DNA from: Octopus vulgaris
Taxonomy: Eukaryota
Assembly: GCA_951406725.2 (NCBI GenBank)
Contig: OX597829.1
Span: forward strand, 35,278,001-35,342,000
DNA: 64,000 bases
Direction: 5' to 3'
How positions within the stretch are numbered: position 1 is the first letter of the stretch; each line of letters opens with the position of its first letter. Below the pieces are notes generated by a model that saw only the letters and a program-made list of their open reading frames with translations, ran no database searches and had not been told where the DNA came from. The position numbers and the translations under genes were made by a program. Of the stretch, positions 41,647 to 54,790 are shown piece after piece.

Positions 41647-43700
41647 TCATTCATATGAGTGAAAGGTGTGTTTCTGCCAGTGCATGCACCTATAGGATTT
41701 TTCAACCATTGTATTTACTAAAGGGAATTTGGCGAAAAGTATATGGAAAAGTTCGGAATTGCAGACGCCACAAAATTTTCTGCCCTTATCAAACGGAAAG
41801 GATACAGACAATATGGACCATTTCAGCTTGAAAGTTATATTGCTGTCCTTAAGACGCCAAACTAATTTACTTAGTCCTGTGCATTGTTGTTTTCTCTTAT
41901 CTCGGAAAGTTGAATAATGATTGGAGATCCGCTGGGCTAATTTAGAAGTAGTCGCCCCAATGTAGAAGAAGATTCCGGTACCGGAAGAAATTTTACACTG
42001 GTAAATGGAATTTCTAATTTTGGAATTGCTGGACAAGAACTTTAATCTGTTAGGGTTTTTCTCCGAGACTAAGACGGAGTTTTTATTGTTATGATTGCTG
42101 TTAATATTATTGCTAGCATTGACCACTATACTATTCCTATTATTGTCATTACTATTAATTGTACTATCGTCAGCAATTTCCCTGACTATAGGAATGCTGG
42201 GGTTGTTATCATCAATACTACCACTGTTATTAGAAATGCTGTCGTTACTACCACTAACACTACCACTGTTAATAATCCGACTAATATTATTATTAATATT
42301 ACCATTGTTAATGCCAACGCTGCTATGAATGTTGCTATTCTCAACACTATTTCTATTATTATTATTATTGTATGTTTGGTTGGAACTGGTAAGAGCAGTG
42401 TCGTAACTCCCAGGTGATGAATCCTTATTTAGCAGCTTGTTATTATGGGAGGCAATAATTTGCGATAGATTTCTAGTGTTAGAGAATGCAATCCTTACCT
42501 TATGCGAATTAATAGTAGAGTAATACCTAGAATTCCTGAGAAAGTTCCTAGCTACGGCTTCACGGAATTATAAAGGAAGGTTTGACCTCATTTGTTCCGA
42601 AAGGTATGACAAACCAGATATAGTTTTTTGTGGACTTAGAATTGTTCAGAGTGTTACCATTTACATTAAAGGGAATATTTCTGTGCTGGAAAATTGCTGT
42701 TGGTTGCTGATTGCCTCCACTGGTCCGTAAATTATTTTTCTTAAGTATAGTGGTGTCGACGTTGTTAGAGCTGAAATCATTATTCACACTATTTCTATTG
42801 TTATTAGATTTCTTATCCTGAGAAGCATATATTGGTTTAGAATGGGCCGGGTCGATATATGATACTTTATGTCTATAACCGGCTTTGGACAAGGCGGCGT
42901 TATAAAATTCCGCTTTTTGGTTAAAGATGTCGACATTAGCACATAATTTTGACAGTCTTAAAGAAATATTTTAAACTAAATTATTGGTAATAGTTTTGGC
43001 ATGGTTACTGAAAATGCTGATATATTTAAGATTAATGGAAGGCTTATGATAAGGGAAGTAAGAATTATTCTGCAGATTTAGGGTAACATCTAAGAAGTTG
43101 GCTTTAGTTAATTCGTCGTCAAAAACTATGCTCAAGCCCATTCTGCTAAAAAATCTAGCTAATCTGTTTTTAGTCTTCTGTATCCTAATGTTCGGAGCAT
43201 TCTGTAGGTAAAGTAGACAATCGTCTCGATACAGTCCGCCGCAGATGTCCGGGAATTGGTCGGCCAATTCATAGAGAATATAGATTCCGACCAAATCGGC
43301 TATCTGGGGGCTATCTGTACTTCCCATTAGCACATCGAACGCGTTGGGGGTATCCTGCGGACCCATAACTTATCATCGAACAGTATGAAATATTTTCTAG
43401 CCGCTAAAATCACATTAATTTCCTCCCTGGAGAGGCCTGCCTTATTATGTGCGTGCCATAGGGCCTTATTGAGTACACTAGGGTTGATCGAAGGGTAGAA
43501 ACTAGATATATCGAATTGTATGAATTTTGTGTTGTCCTTATTAGTAATAGAAGTAAACCACTCTACCACTTGAGTTAGACCATAAGCTGAGTTTTAACTT
43601 ATTGATTAATATAGGTATGTATTTATCTAAAATGTACTTACTAAGGGTACCGATGTCGGAACTAGAGGGGCATATGAGCCTTAATGCCGGGTTGTTCTTC
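41647..43700 (-). pseudogene. PLE RT + GIY-YIG polyprotein, disrupted by stops and frameshifts
   Basis: ORF pieces 43541-43747, 43327-43569, 42971-43366, 42560-42892 and 41647-42126 join into one RT-EN protein. Confidence 0.88.
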
Positions 43701-43725
43701 ATGATGCTGACATAAGTTCCTTGTC

Positions 43726-43806
43726 TTTCCTGATGAGAAGGCGGCATACTACACCCCTTATTCCTTCGAAATTAGGAATATGCAGTCTTCGAAACATATG
43801 TCGAGA
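43726..43806 (+). ncRNA. Type I hammerhead ribozyme in the inverted 5' repeat of the PLE
   Basis: Same intact motif; predicted cleavage after C43802. Confidence 0.85.
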
Positions 43807-43844
43807 ATAAAGGAATTTTGTTGAATCGTCGTTCAACTACATTC

Positions 43845-43890
<46 letters not shown>

Positions 43891-45208
43891 ATAGATAGAT
43901 TCATTAAATCAGATATACCTTGACTCTCATAAGTGTAGAACCACACTCTGTGTATATTGCTTCTGACGTTTCGATGATGTTATTGTTCCTATTTTCATTT
44001 TCTATATCACATAAATGCTACAGGGACTTTTAATCTTCACTTTATGTGTGCATATTTTTCGTGTGTATACACTTTTGTACATACACATACACACAAAGGT
44101 ACACATGCACACACACGCACACGTATACAAATGGGATAAGCAACATATAGTTGCAGGAATGAACATGTGGTTAGGTGGTTTGTTTTATAAGTTATACTTA
44201 TTGCACAAACGGGACCCTTCATTAAAGGTTTAATATAGATTGCTCTCGATCTTGACAAAAGTAACCAAATCACCGATCTAAATTTGGGTTTAAGACAAAG
44301 AAATGCACCTTAACAGAACAAATGATTGAAGTTGATCTCGAAATCACCAAAACCGATAAATTTATATTGATTACTAGTCTTTTACAGAAATAATTGAAGT
44401 TGAAATTATAATGATTAAAACCAACACTATCATCTTTGCAAATCAGGAAAATGAAAATTTTAAACTAGTTTATAACAAATCAATCTCTTGTGCCATCACC
44501 AAAATATAACACAATTTACTGTTTTGAACATCAACGCTAACATAATAAAATTGCGACCGATTTATATATAAAACAAATTCTGGCATTACAATATCTATAC
44601 TTTACTTTGAAAGACCGCAAAAACTTTCGCACACCACCCATTTTTAAAGCCAATTAACCAATCAAAATAGATATTGATGTCGATAGGAAATATATTCCTG
44701 ATTGCGTAATTTCCAAACTGAAGTCAGCTTCCACTTAACCCTTGGAACAACATTAATTCAGTCTCTTCCTGCCAAAGAAAATGTAGATCACCCAATTTGG
44801 GATTTATTTTCTTTTGAACGTAATCAATTTTGCGAGGCAATTATTACTAGTTATATTCTCTAAGATTGACATTATATTACTTTCTAGAAATACATTAAAA
44901 TCTCCTCGTCAACTAAGGATTCCCTCGCCAGTGACTGAGATTTTGTGTATTATCCAACATACATTTTAAATGTCTAAATAACGTAAGAGGGTTTTACAGA
45001 GAAGACGGCATTATTATCCCCCAAAAAGTAAATCAACAACAAAGGTTGATTTCGACAAAAAACTTACACCTTTTTGAAAGAATTTGCAATGGTCGAGTCT
45101 ATATTTATGAGTATCAGCTCCCAAACTTATTTTCAATCTAAACAGTTTCTAATTTTCCCCAAGGAGAGAAACATACAAAATACTTCATTATACTTCATGA
45201 AACTTTTA

Positions 45209-45386
45209 GGCGCAGGAGTGGCAGGGTGGTAGGTAGCTTGCTTACCAACCACATGGTTCCGGGTTCAGTCCCACTGCGTGGCACCTTGGGCAAGTGTCTG
45301 CCTCTATAGCCTCGGGCTGACCAAAGCCTGGTGAGTGGATTTGGTAGACGGAAGCTGAAAAGAAGCCCGTCGTATATATGTATATG

Positions 45387-45417
<31 letters not shown>

Positions 45418-45625
45418 CTGTGTGTCAGTGTTTGCCCACCCCTCCAACATCGCTTGACAACCAATGCTGGTGTGTTTACGTCTCCGTAACTTAGCGGTTC
45501 GGCAAAAGAGACCGGTAGAGTACTAGGCTTCCAAAGAACAAGTCCTGGGGTCGATTTGCTCGACTAATGGCGGTGCTCCAGCATGACCGCGGTCAAATGA
45601 CTGAAACAAGTAAAAGAGTAAGAGT
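45209..45625 (+). mobile_element. SINE family A, full length
   Basis: Head, short internal (TA)(TG)n, 3' half and tail. Confidence 0.92.
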
Positions 45626-46877
45626 ATACTCTCAAACTATCAAACTATTCACGAAATGTCCCACCAGAAATATTTCTCAATGCCTCTTCCATCGTTCTTC
45701 TAACGGACAAATTTTGACAAAACCTTCAAAATATAACAGTAACATGAAACTAAACCCAATCTCTGAAATGATACGTATATAACAATTTATGAACCCCCAT
45801 AGAAATAGATTTTTATGTGGTATAAGTTTTAACAACAGAAGCACAACCTTTTTTTAAAACTCCTACAAAAACATTTCCTTTTACAAGAATTATGACATAT
45901 TTGACAAAGATTTTATAAAATTTCTTATTTTCCGATAACAAAATTTCTGCAACTTTATCCGACACTAACCACTATACACGTATATTTACTTCACCTATAT
46001 CAACTCCTTACTTCACAAACGTACAGTTCTATTCACCCAAATAAATGTCTATTAAACTGCAAATGCACCTCTAATGTTACCGTTTTTAGGTGAAATCCGC
46101 TCCTGTTTTGTTTTTGTGAATCATTTTTAAAACATGTATATAAACCATTTTAAGGTTAAAACTAAAATTGCTTCAAATTACGATACAAAAACAAAACAAG
46201 GCAAAACAGTACTTACCTCAAATCCATTAGAAACTATCATTGAATGTTATGAAAAATCGCGTCTAACTTCTCTTTTCTTAATTGTGTACAAACCATACGA
46301 AACACTCAATTTAACTTTTCCAAAAGGATGAATTTATCTTTGGGACTCTTTTCTTCTTAGCAGATATTTTCTCGAGACTATGAGACTAACATTTTTCAAA
46401 TTTTCATTTTTTATCATTTGTTCATAACACTTCATATTTTCAAATTGATTTCTAACATCCTGTTTCCCAACTGGATAATTTAAATTCATCCGTTTTTTAT
46501 AAACATTTCTATTTCCTTACTATTTGGACATTCTTCGTCTCTCACATAAACCTCAAACCACTCTCTTTCTTTTTCTTCCTCACATCCTTATGAAATTTTT
46601 ATGTCCCTTTCTCTCAATTCTTAAATATCATTATATATCTATACTCCAATATAAACCACAATATCTTCAACCATTTCCACAGTTTCTTATCTTTCCAATA
46701 GCCTCAGCGGTCTTTAACAAATTATATTCAGTATTGCCGACAAAATAACTTTTCTCCCATTCAATTTGAAACAACACTACCGACAATAGAAAAGCTACTA
46801 AACAAATATTAGTATTCTGACAATTAAATGCTTCATGTAATGCAGTTTGTTGCCAATAAAGGAATATTTTGGAATAA

Positions 46878-46952
46878 AATTCATAAAATGTTCTGACTGT
46901 GTAATTCATAAAATGTTCTGGCCGTGCAATTCATAAAATGTTCTGGCTATGT
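46878..46952. repeat. 25-bp tandem repeat x3
   Basis: AATTCATAAAATGTTCTG.. at 46878, 46903 and 46928. Confidence 0.9.
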
Positions 46953-47449
46953 AAGTCAGAGGTTCAACAGATTATGTTTCTGTTACGGACGTAGTGTGCA
47001 TGTTTGTTCGTTCATTGCTGTCAAGTTCTTAGATATAAAATTAATTATTCTTCTGAAATCATATTTTCTAAAGCCCTCTTATAGTAATTTAAGTGAAGAT
47101 ATATTGCAGAACAAATTTCTATTTGTTCTGCCTTATATCTAACTAAGTTCTTGAAGATGATAGAATGGTAAGAACTTCTTAGATACCATAAGTTTCTACT
47201 AGGCTTCAGATACACACATTTGTACGAAAATATATAAAAAGTGCAATGAAACATACCACAAGACATCATTTAAGGAAAGAAACACTTTTCAAATTGTGTT
47301 CAAGTGCAATAAGAAATTTTCGGAGTATATGATATCGTGAAATACCAACATCTTGAAGGTATTGTCTTTTAAAGTTTGATATATTTTAATCTTACTTGCT
47401 ATCTATTTTTCATGAGTTGTTTATTTTCTTGAATGTTAAAGTTATCGTT

Positions 47450-48230
47450 ATTCTAACTTTTCCGAGAGTCCATGATTGTTATATATGTTTGATTTTGGAA
47501 GAACGACCAATCTTAGTTCAATTTCGATCTATGCATTCTCTTCGGTACTTTCTCGAGGAAAGATTTTGTCGCTTAACAACACATTGTTCTCTCTCACCTG
47601 CTCCCGTTATTTTATGTTGAGTCCTTTTTTTCCTGCGATTTCCTCCCTATTCCGTTTGTATTTTCTTCTGTAATTATGAAGATATGATGCTGTAGGCTGG
47701 TTCTGTTAGCAAGCGAAGTATTTGATCACCTATTTGTGATACTAGGCCTAAAGGTATTTCATTTCCTATCCCCAGAAATTTTGCTGGTGGTATTCTAGAA
47801 ATTGGGGTTTGTTGTTCTCTTCGCTGTTACTGTTGATTTTCATAATTTTCAGTTTTCTTGTATTTGCTTCTAGTTCTTTCCAGTTCTTTTGCGCATTCAC
47901 CGCTTAGATGCATTTTGCTCTGACACATATAACAGCTCAAGTTTCTGTCCTAAATCCTCAATCCCATACACATTACTTTGGCGCGTTTTGCTGGGTACAA
48001 TTCTGATACTGTTCTTGTGGTACATTGGGGATCATCAAGACTTACAAGTTTATTTTGACACTCTTTACCGGTCATCTTTCATTAGTCTACTTGATTATTT
48101 GAAATATTTTCTTCTATTACTAGTTCACTATACGGAAAATTTTCTTCTTTCTTTTGTACATTTAATTATGGTTTGATTTTTGTAATTATTTTGCTTTTGT
48201 AGTGTTTTGTCGTGTGACTTAATTATGTGT
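47450..48230 (-). mobile_element. Degenerate gag/ORF1-like remnant with CCHC zinc knuckle
   Basis: CYMCQSKMHLSGEC (CX2CX4HX4C) at 47893-47934 on the minus strand, followed by K/E/Q-rich sequence; flanking frames broken. Confidence 0.5.
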
Positions 48231-48257
48231 GGTAGCCTCTTAGGATATGAAACTGTA

Positions 48258-48668
48258 ACTCTTTTACTCTTTTACTTGTTTCAGTCATTTGACTTGGGCC
48301 ATGCTGGAGCACCGCCTTTAGTCGAACAAATCGACCCCAGGACTATTCTTTGTAAGCCTAGTACTTATTCCATCGGTCGCTTTCGCCGAACTGTTAGGTT
48401 ACGAGGACGTAAACACACCAACATCGGTTTTCAAGCGAGACTGTGGCGGACAAACACAGACACACAAACACACAGAGACACAGACAGACAGACAGATACA
48501 TATATACGACGGGCTTCTTTCAGTTTCCATCTGCCAAATCCACTCACAAGGCATTGGTTAACCCAAGGCTATAGTAGAAGACACTTGCCAAGGAGCCACG
48601 CAGTGGAACTGAACCCGGAATCATGTGGTTGAGAAGCAAGCTTCTTACCACACAGTCACTCCTGCGCC
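48258..48668 (-). mobile_element. SINE family A, full length, internal (TCTG)n-type spacer
   Basis: Both halves align with family A. Confidence 0.9.
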
Positions 48669-48879
48669 TAACATGAGTAAATAAATTTTTTGAAATCTGT
48701 GAAACATTTTTCTCTTGTTTACACTCGTATATCGAAGGTAGCTCCTCTATCGATTATATTTCCTTTTGCAAATACCTTAAAGAAAATATAATTTTCTTTG
48801 GGATTCTTGTTTGAAGAAAACCTGTTTTGAAGGGAGAATCATGACGACGTCTTAACACTAAGGAAGTCAATAATAATAA

Positions 48880-49008
<129 letters not shown>

Positions 49009-49032
49009 AACAACAACAACAACAATAATAAA

Positions 49033-49500
49033 GCCCTGATGCAGTACCAACCAATGGATCGCATGGCTTCTCATCTCAACTGATTGCAAGTGTCATCATT
49101 GTCTTGGTGTAAAAGATGGTCTACAGCAAATATTCTGCTCAGTACCACAGATTTGTTTGTCAGTTGTTTGATCTTAACTAGTTGAGTATGTCCTTTGGTG
49201 GCTGACGATATGTGCATCTCTGATCACGATCAGAAGTAGCGGGGGAGCATCATAGCCATGTGTTGAGATGGATTCTTTGGGCTTTGAATAAGTCATCTCT
49301 GGAAACATAGGTGTTTTGTTCATTATCCGTAAACAATACTTCTTCAAGGGACCTTTTAGTTGTGTGAGCTGCTCAACCCGAAGAAAATTCTAACTAGGTC
49401 CCACATGCAAGGTCATGCGCTGTTTATTTTGATATGAGATCACCATGTCGCGCACATATGGTTGTGATGCATGTACCATGTGTACCTTTATCAGACAGAT
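49033..49500. mobile_element. Unclassified (AAT)n-associated element (family D), diverged and truncated
   Basis: Aligns with 53779-54332 from its GCCCTGATGCAGTACC end. Confidence 0.85.
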
Positions 49501-49544
49501 ACGTTAATGTTTCCAAACAACCTCTGCTCCAATAATAAAAGTAA

Positions 49545-49745
49545 CAATCCTTTCTACTGTAAGCAGAAGGTCTGCAATTTTAGTGGGGGATTATTCGTTA
49601 ACACCTACCCTAGGTGCAAATGGTACTTATTTCATTGACCCCCGAAATGATGAGAGGTAAAGCCGACCTCAACGAAATTTGAACTCAGAACGTAAATTCA
49701 GGCGAAATGCTGCAAAGCATTTTGCTCGGCGTGCTTGATGCCTTA
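49545..49745 (-). mobile_element. SINE family C
   Basis: GGTACTTATTTCATTGACCCCCGAAA..TTTGAACTCAGAACGTAAA..AAGCATTTTGCTCGGCGTGC. Confidence 0.8.
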
Positions 49746-49779
49746 AACGACAACTACAACAACGACAACAACAATAACA

Positions 49780-52700
49780 CCGCGGACGTTTAACATGTGA
49801 GAGCGATAAAGCACTGCTCCGAAATCTATCCAAAACATCGGGAATATAGACAACAAATGGAGCCTAAAATAACTGACTAAAGTGTTGGACTATATCCGAG
49901 TAAGTAATGATCACTAAAATTTATTTCTATTTTCCAAATGAAATGATGTATTTTAGCTGTGTGTCATTGCCATCATCCGCACAACGCGTGTAAACACGCT
50001 CACTACACTACGATCCAATTAACACCAGACCACCTCCGTCCTCAACCACCATTCACATAAACAACGCTATGATAACAAACGAAAAGTACGTACTTTAAAC
50101 TTCACGTGCAAAACCATTTAATACCAGAAATGAACGGACCAGCAACATACGAAAATGATGTCCATCAAAATAAAGGGCTTCATGTTCCGCAAATAAAACT
50201 TTAAAAAGCATAAATGGACATGTGAAGAATATATTTCATTCCTACACGCTTATTTTACAGCATTGCTCTTCCCACAGAACCAAAACACAACAACATATAC
50301 ATATAAAATCTGGAAGAAAAATAATCTAGATAAAGATTTGGATACAGTAATGAACCCTAATAAATTAGCTAACATACGAAGATATATTCTCAAAATATAA
50401 AAACAAATCTGAAATAGAAATAGAACACTTAAAATAAAAAATACACCAAGAAAACGTAGATGGCAAACACACAGCAATGCCAAATATTATCACAAGCACC
50501 GGGACTGTAAAACATGAAGACAGATGTAACATGTTTAACAATAATGAAATAAACAATGAAAGACAACAAACCGAGATCATAAGAATATATAATGATGAGC
50601 AAAATGCATCAAACCAGAACACCACAGACAAAAATATGAACAGGAGGTAATACGAAACAAATCTAAAACCTGGAAACAGTGAAGGTGAAACTAATGATTA
50701 TGATACTCTAAAAATGAGCATAATCAAAGAATTGAAAGCCACAGATCTCAGTATGGACCATCGATTGTACCTCTCAAAAATTAAAACTGATAATAAAAAC
50801 ATCAATAATAAATAGTGTGAACCTGGTCATCACAGAACTAATAGCTACAGAAATAAATGTCAATATGATCAGGCTAAATGATATAATATATGCAGCAGCC
50901 TCTGTGACCACGAAAGAAACTGGATACCCACTAAAATCCATCCAAACAGGAGTATCACCACCCAAACAAACCTTGAGGATAAATAATATCAAGAAAAAAA
51001 TAGAAAATAAGAGAAAGGTTCTGTCAATCCTTAATGAAACTAGTAGAAAATCAACACTACTAAGCAACAAGAAGAGAAGAAAAATACTACTTAAACACAA
51101 AATTGCAGAACAATTTTTTATCTGCGGTAAAAAAAAACCCCAGTTAAATCAAGATATCCTCACCAAAGCACAAAGAATCCACCAACGTTTCTTTGAACAA
51201 AACAAACAGTTCAACTCAAACTCCAAAAGATTCTATCAGGAAATTGGCAAAAATAAAATAGAGGTCGATGCAGCACCAACAGCAACGGAAGTGGAAGAAT
51301 TTTGGAAAGGATTATGGTTAGTGAAGGAACAAGTTCAGAAAAGGTCAATCAAAACAACGAACACAGCACCTGAACAACTCTGGACCCCTATAACAACTGA
51401 AGAGGTCACCCAAGTATTGCAAAAAAAAAAAAACTAAGCAACTAGAAGGCACCCGGGACGACAAGATCCCCAACTTCTGGTTAAAATACCTAACAGGAAC
51501 GCATAAAAAGCTGGCTGAGAAATTTAATGAAATACTAGCAAAGCCAGAGACAATGCCTGGATGGCTCACGGAAGGGAAAATATCCTAATTTACAAATTAA
51601 CTGAAACGGCAAACCCACAAAATGACAGACCGATAACTTGTCTCCCTACAATTTGCAAAGCCTTTACTGCAATAATATCGCAGAGAATGAGCAAGCATCT
51701 GGAAGAAAACAACCTGTTTCCAGAAGAACAGAAGGGATGCTGCAAGGGCTCATATAACTGTAAAGATCAGTCACTGATCAATAAAGTCATAACTGAAGAC
51801 CGCAGTAAGAAGGGTCTAAGTATGGCCTGGATCGATTATCGAAAGGCTTTTGATAGTATTCTCCATACATAGATCCAAGACACAAGGTAGCACCAATAGT
51901 CATAAAATATATAATACATTCTATGAATAGATGGCAGACAGTGCTACATCTTCAAACGAAAGAGAGACTCATAAAAAACAAAGCCATCCCTTTTAGAAGA
52001 GGAATATTCCAGACATATGCTAAACAGAACTGGACGTGGATACAACTAAGCTAAATAGAACTAGATGTGGATACAACAATTACGGCCAAATAATCAACCA
52101 TCTTTTTTATATGGATGATTTAAAACTATGTTACAAATGATAAACAGCTGGAAACACTGCTACAGACAGTACACGGATTTACCAAAGAAAAAAACATGAA
52201 ATTTGGCTTAGAAAAATGTATCAAAGCAACCTTGAAGAGGAGAACTAGTTAAGAGTTGCAGCATCACACTAGATAAAGCAAATGAAATAAGAGAATTAGA
52301 CCAAACCCAGGCATACAAATACTTAGAAATCAATGAACTAGATAAGATACAACAAACACAAATGAATGGGAAGATGAGAAAGGAATAATATAGACGAGTT
52401 AGAGTTAGATTAATAGTGAAAACAGAGCTCAATGCGAAAAGCAAGATAACAGGTATAAACACTCTAGCCGTCCCAGTTAAAGTTACAGCTACAATATACT
52501 CAAATGGACTTCAAATGAACTAATCAAAATAGACAGGAAAACAAGAAAAAGAAAAATAATGACAGGATTTAGGATGCATCACCCAAAGTCTGACAGAAAG
52601 GTTATATAGACAACGTATGGAAGGTATTAGAGGCCTTATACAGCTAGACAATTATTACAAAATAACCACCATAGGACTATAGAAATACCCACATCAGAAG

Positions 52701-53632
52701 CAAGGAAAATACAAAAAGCCACAAAACACAAACAAAACAAAAAACTTCTTCAGTTTTTAAGGAAGCTGACAAACACAAACCTAACAGATATAACGAAAAA
52801 AGAAGAAACAGCAAAAACTGTAAAACAACGGAAATCCAAACTAAAACTGGAACAACACCTGATCATGATTAAATGATAGCAAGAAAAGCCCCTTCATGGC
52901 AAATATTGGATTAAACTAAACAAAAATATATAGGCAAAATCCCAACAATGGCTGAAAAGCTCAGGACTCAAAGCAGAGACTGAAAGACTTTTCATTGCAG
53001 CACAAGACCAAAGCCTCCCCACCAGAAATTACCAAAAACATGTAATGAAAAGAAATACAACGACTAACTGCAGAATATTTTGAGATGGAGAAGAAACAAT
53101 AAATTATATTGTTTCTGACATGATAGAGTTGGGACATATTTACACTTGAAGCTGTACCAACACTATGGAATAACAGCAGAAAAAAGTTGGTATAGGCAGA
53201 CGTCAGAAAAGGTCACAGAAAATGAGAAAGCAACCATACTCTGAGATATGCCAATACACACAGATAGAGAAATTAAGGACAATAAGCTGGACATAGTTGT
53301 CAGAGATTATCAAGAAAAATGTTTTCTATTTGGTGTATTAATACCAAGAGATGACAATGATTCTCTAAAATGCAAAGACCTGGAAATAGAGGTAACTCGA
53401 ATGTAGAATCTAAAAACAGAAACAACTCCTAACATAGGAGGCACATTAGGTATGATAAAAAAATATTCAAACAAATACATAACAAAAGCACCAGGACTTA
53501 CAAATATATATAGCATACAAAAAATAGCACATATCCTACGTAAAACGCTTTGAATATAGTAAAGCACATACCCAAAGCACAGAGCTGCGCTCGGTAGTGT
53601 AGTAAAGGCACGTGATAAAAATAAGACTACTG
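49780..53632 (+). mobile_element. Near-full-length, inactivated R4/Dong-type non-LTR retrotransposon
   Basis: N-terminal KWTCEEY motif (~50210); RT motifs RPITCLPT, EEQKGC, AWIDYRKAFDS, RRGIFQ, NHLFYMDDLK, YKYLEINE; degenerate CCHC/RLE; 3' UTR ..ACTACTG(AAT)n. The 5' boundary is uncertain. Confidence 0.9.
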
Positions 53633-53684
53633 AAATAATAATAATAATAATAATAACAACAACAACAACAACAACAACAATAAC

Positions 53685-53778
<94 letters not shown>

Positions 53779-54332
53779 GCCCTGATGCAGTACCAGGCAG
53801 TGGCTCTCATGGCTTCTGATCTTAACTGATTGGAAGTGTTATCATGTACATTGTTTTGTCTTGGTATAAAAGATGGGCTACAGCAAATATTCTGCTCAGT
53901 ACCACAGATTTGCTTGTCAGTTGTTTGACCTTAACCAGTTGAACATGTCCCTTAGTGGCTGACGATATGTGCATCTCTGATCACGAGCAGAAGTAGTGGG
54001 GGAGCATCATAGCCATGTGTTGAGAGGGATTCTTTGGGGTTTGAATAATTCGCCTCTGGAGACATGGGTGGTTTTTTCAACATCCTTAAACAACCCTTAT
54101 TCAGGGACCGTTTGAGCGGGATGGGCTACTCAACCTGAAGAAAATTCTAACTGGGCCCCACCTGCAAGGTCATGTGCAGTTTATCTTGATATGAGATAAC
54201 CATGTCGCGCACATATGGTTGTGATGCATGTGCCTGGGATGCCCTTATCAGACGGGTAGTCATGATGGGTATATTGGGCTTCGTATATTTTACCCCAGTG
54301 TCACTTTGATGGCATGAACTGCTCTCTCACTC
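53779..54332. mobile_element. Unclassified ~554-bp element (family D), longest copy, (AAT)n on both sides
   Basis: Three copies in the window; sharp ends GCCCTGATG and CTCTCTCACTC abutting (AAT)n. Confidence 0.85.
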
Positions 54333-54406
<74 letters not shown>

Positions 54407-54502
54407 TAATAATAATAATTATAAGAATGATGATGATGATGATGATGATAATAAAAATAACCCTAACCCTAACAACAACAACAACAACAACAATAATAAT
54501 AA

Positions 54503-54724
54503 TTATAGTGGTTTCAAATATTGGCACAAAATCAGTAAATTCGAGGTAGGAGGTAAGTCAATTGCATCGCCACAATGTTCAACAATTACTTATTTTATCG
54601 ACCCCGAAAGGATGGAAGACAAAGGTGGACCTCGGCGGAATTTGAACTGAAAATGTAAATACGGACGAACTACTGCTAAGCATTTCGCCCGGCGTTCTAA
54701 CGTTCCTGCCAGCTCGCTGCCTTA
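54503..54724 (-). mobile_element. SINE family C
   Basis: Aligns with the 20965 copy; (AAT)n on both sides. Confidence 0.85.
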
Positions 54725-54790
54725 AATAATAATAATAATAATAATAATAACAATAATAATAATAATAATAATAATAATAATTTGCTCTTT

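Larger units (their letters stand above)
40934..43850 (-). mobile_element. Penelope-like element (Naiad-like), 5'-truncated, with inverted terminal repeat
   Basis: RT motifs FIQFDISSFYPSI, FDVLMGSTDSPQIADLVGIYIL, GGLYRDDCL, NFLDVTLNL; C-terminal GIY-YIG IYQC..YIGATTSKLAQRISNH..LSKLVW.LK..CGVC..E. Segment 40934-41091 is the reverse complement of 43693-43850. Confidence 0.92.

Noticed and set aside
43950-44000. CGAAACGTCAG half-hammerhead on the minus strand
   Set aside because: The CUGANGA core is absent.
53790-53920. QICGTEQNICC..PRQNNV in family D resembling an RLE zinc finger/RHN motif
   Set aside because: Spacing is wrong, the first Cys is missing and no endonuclease follows.
54455-54468. 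CCCTAACCCTAA telomere-like motif
   Set aside because: Only two units inside an AAT/AAC array.
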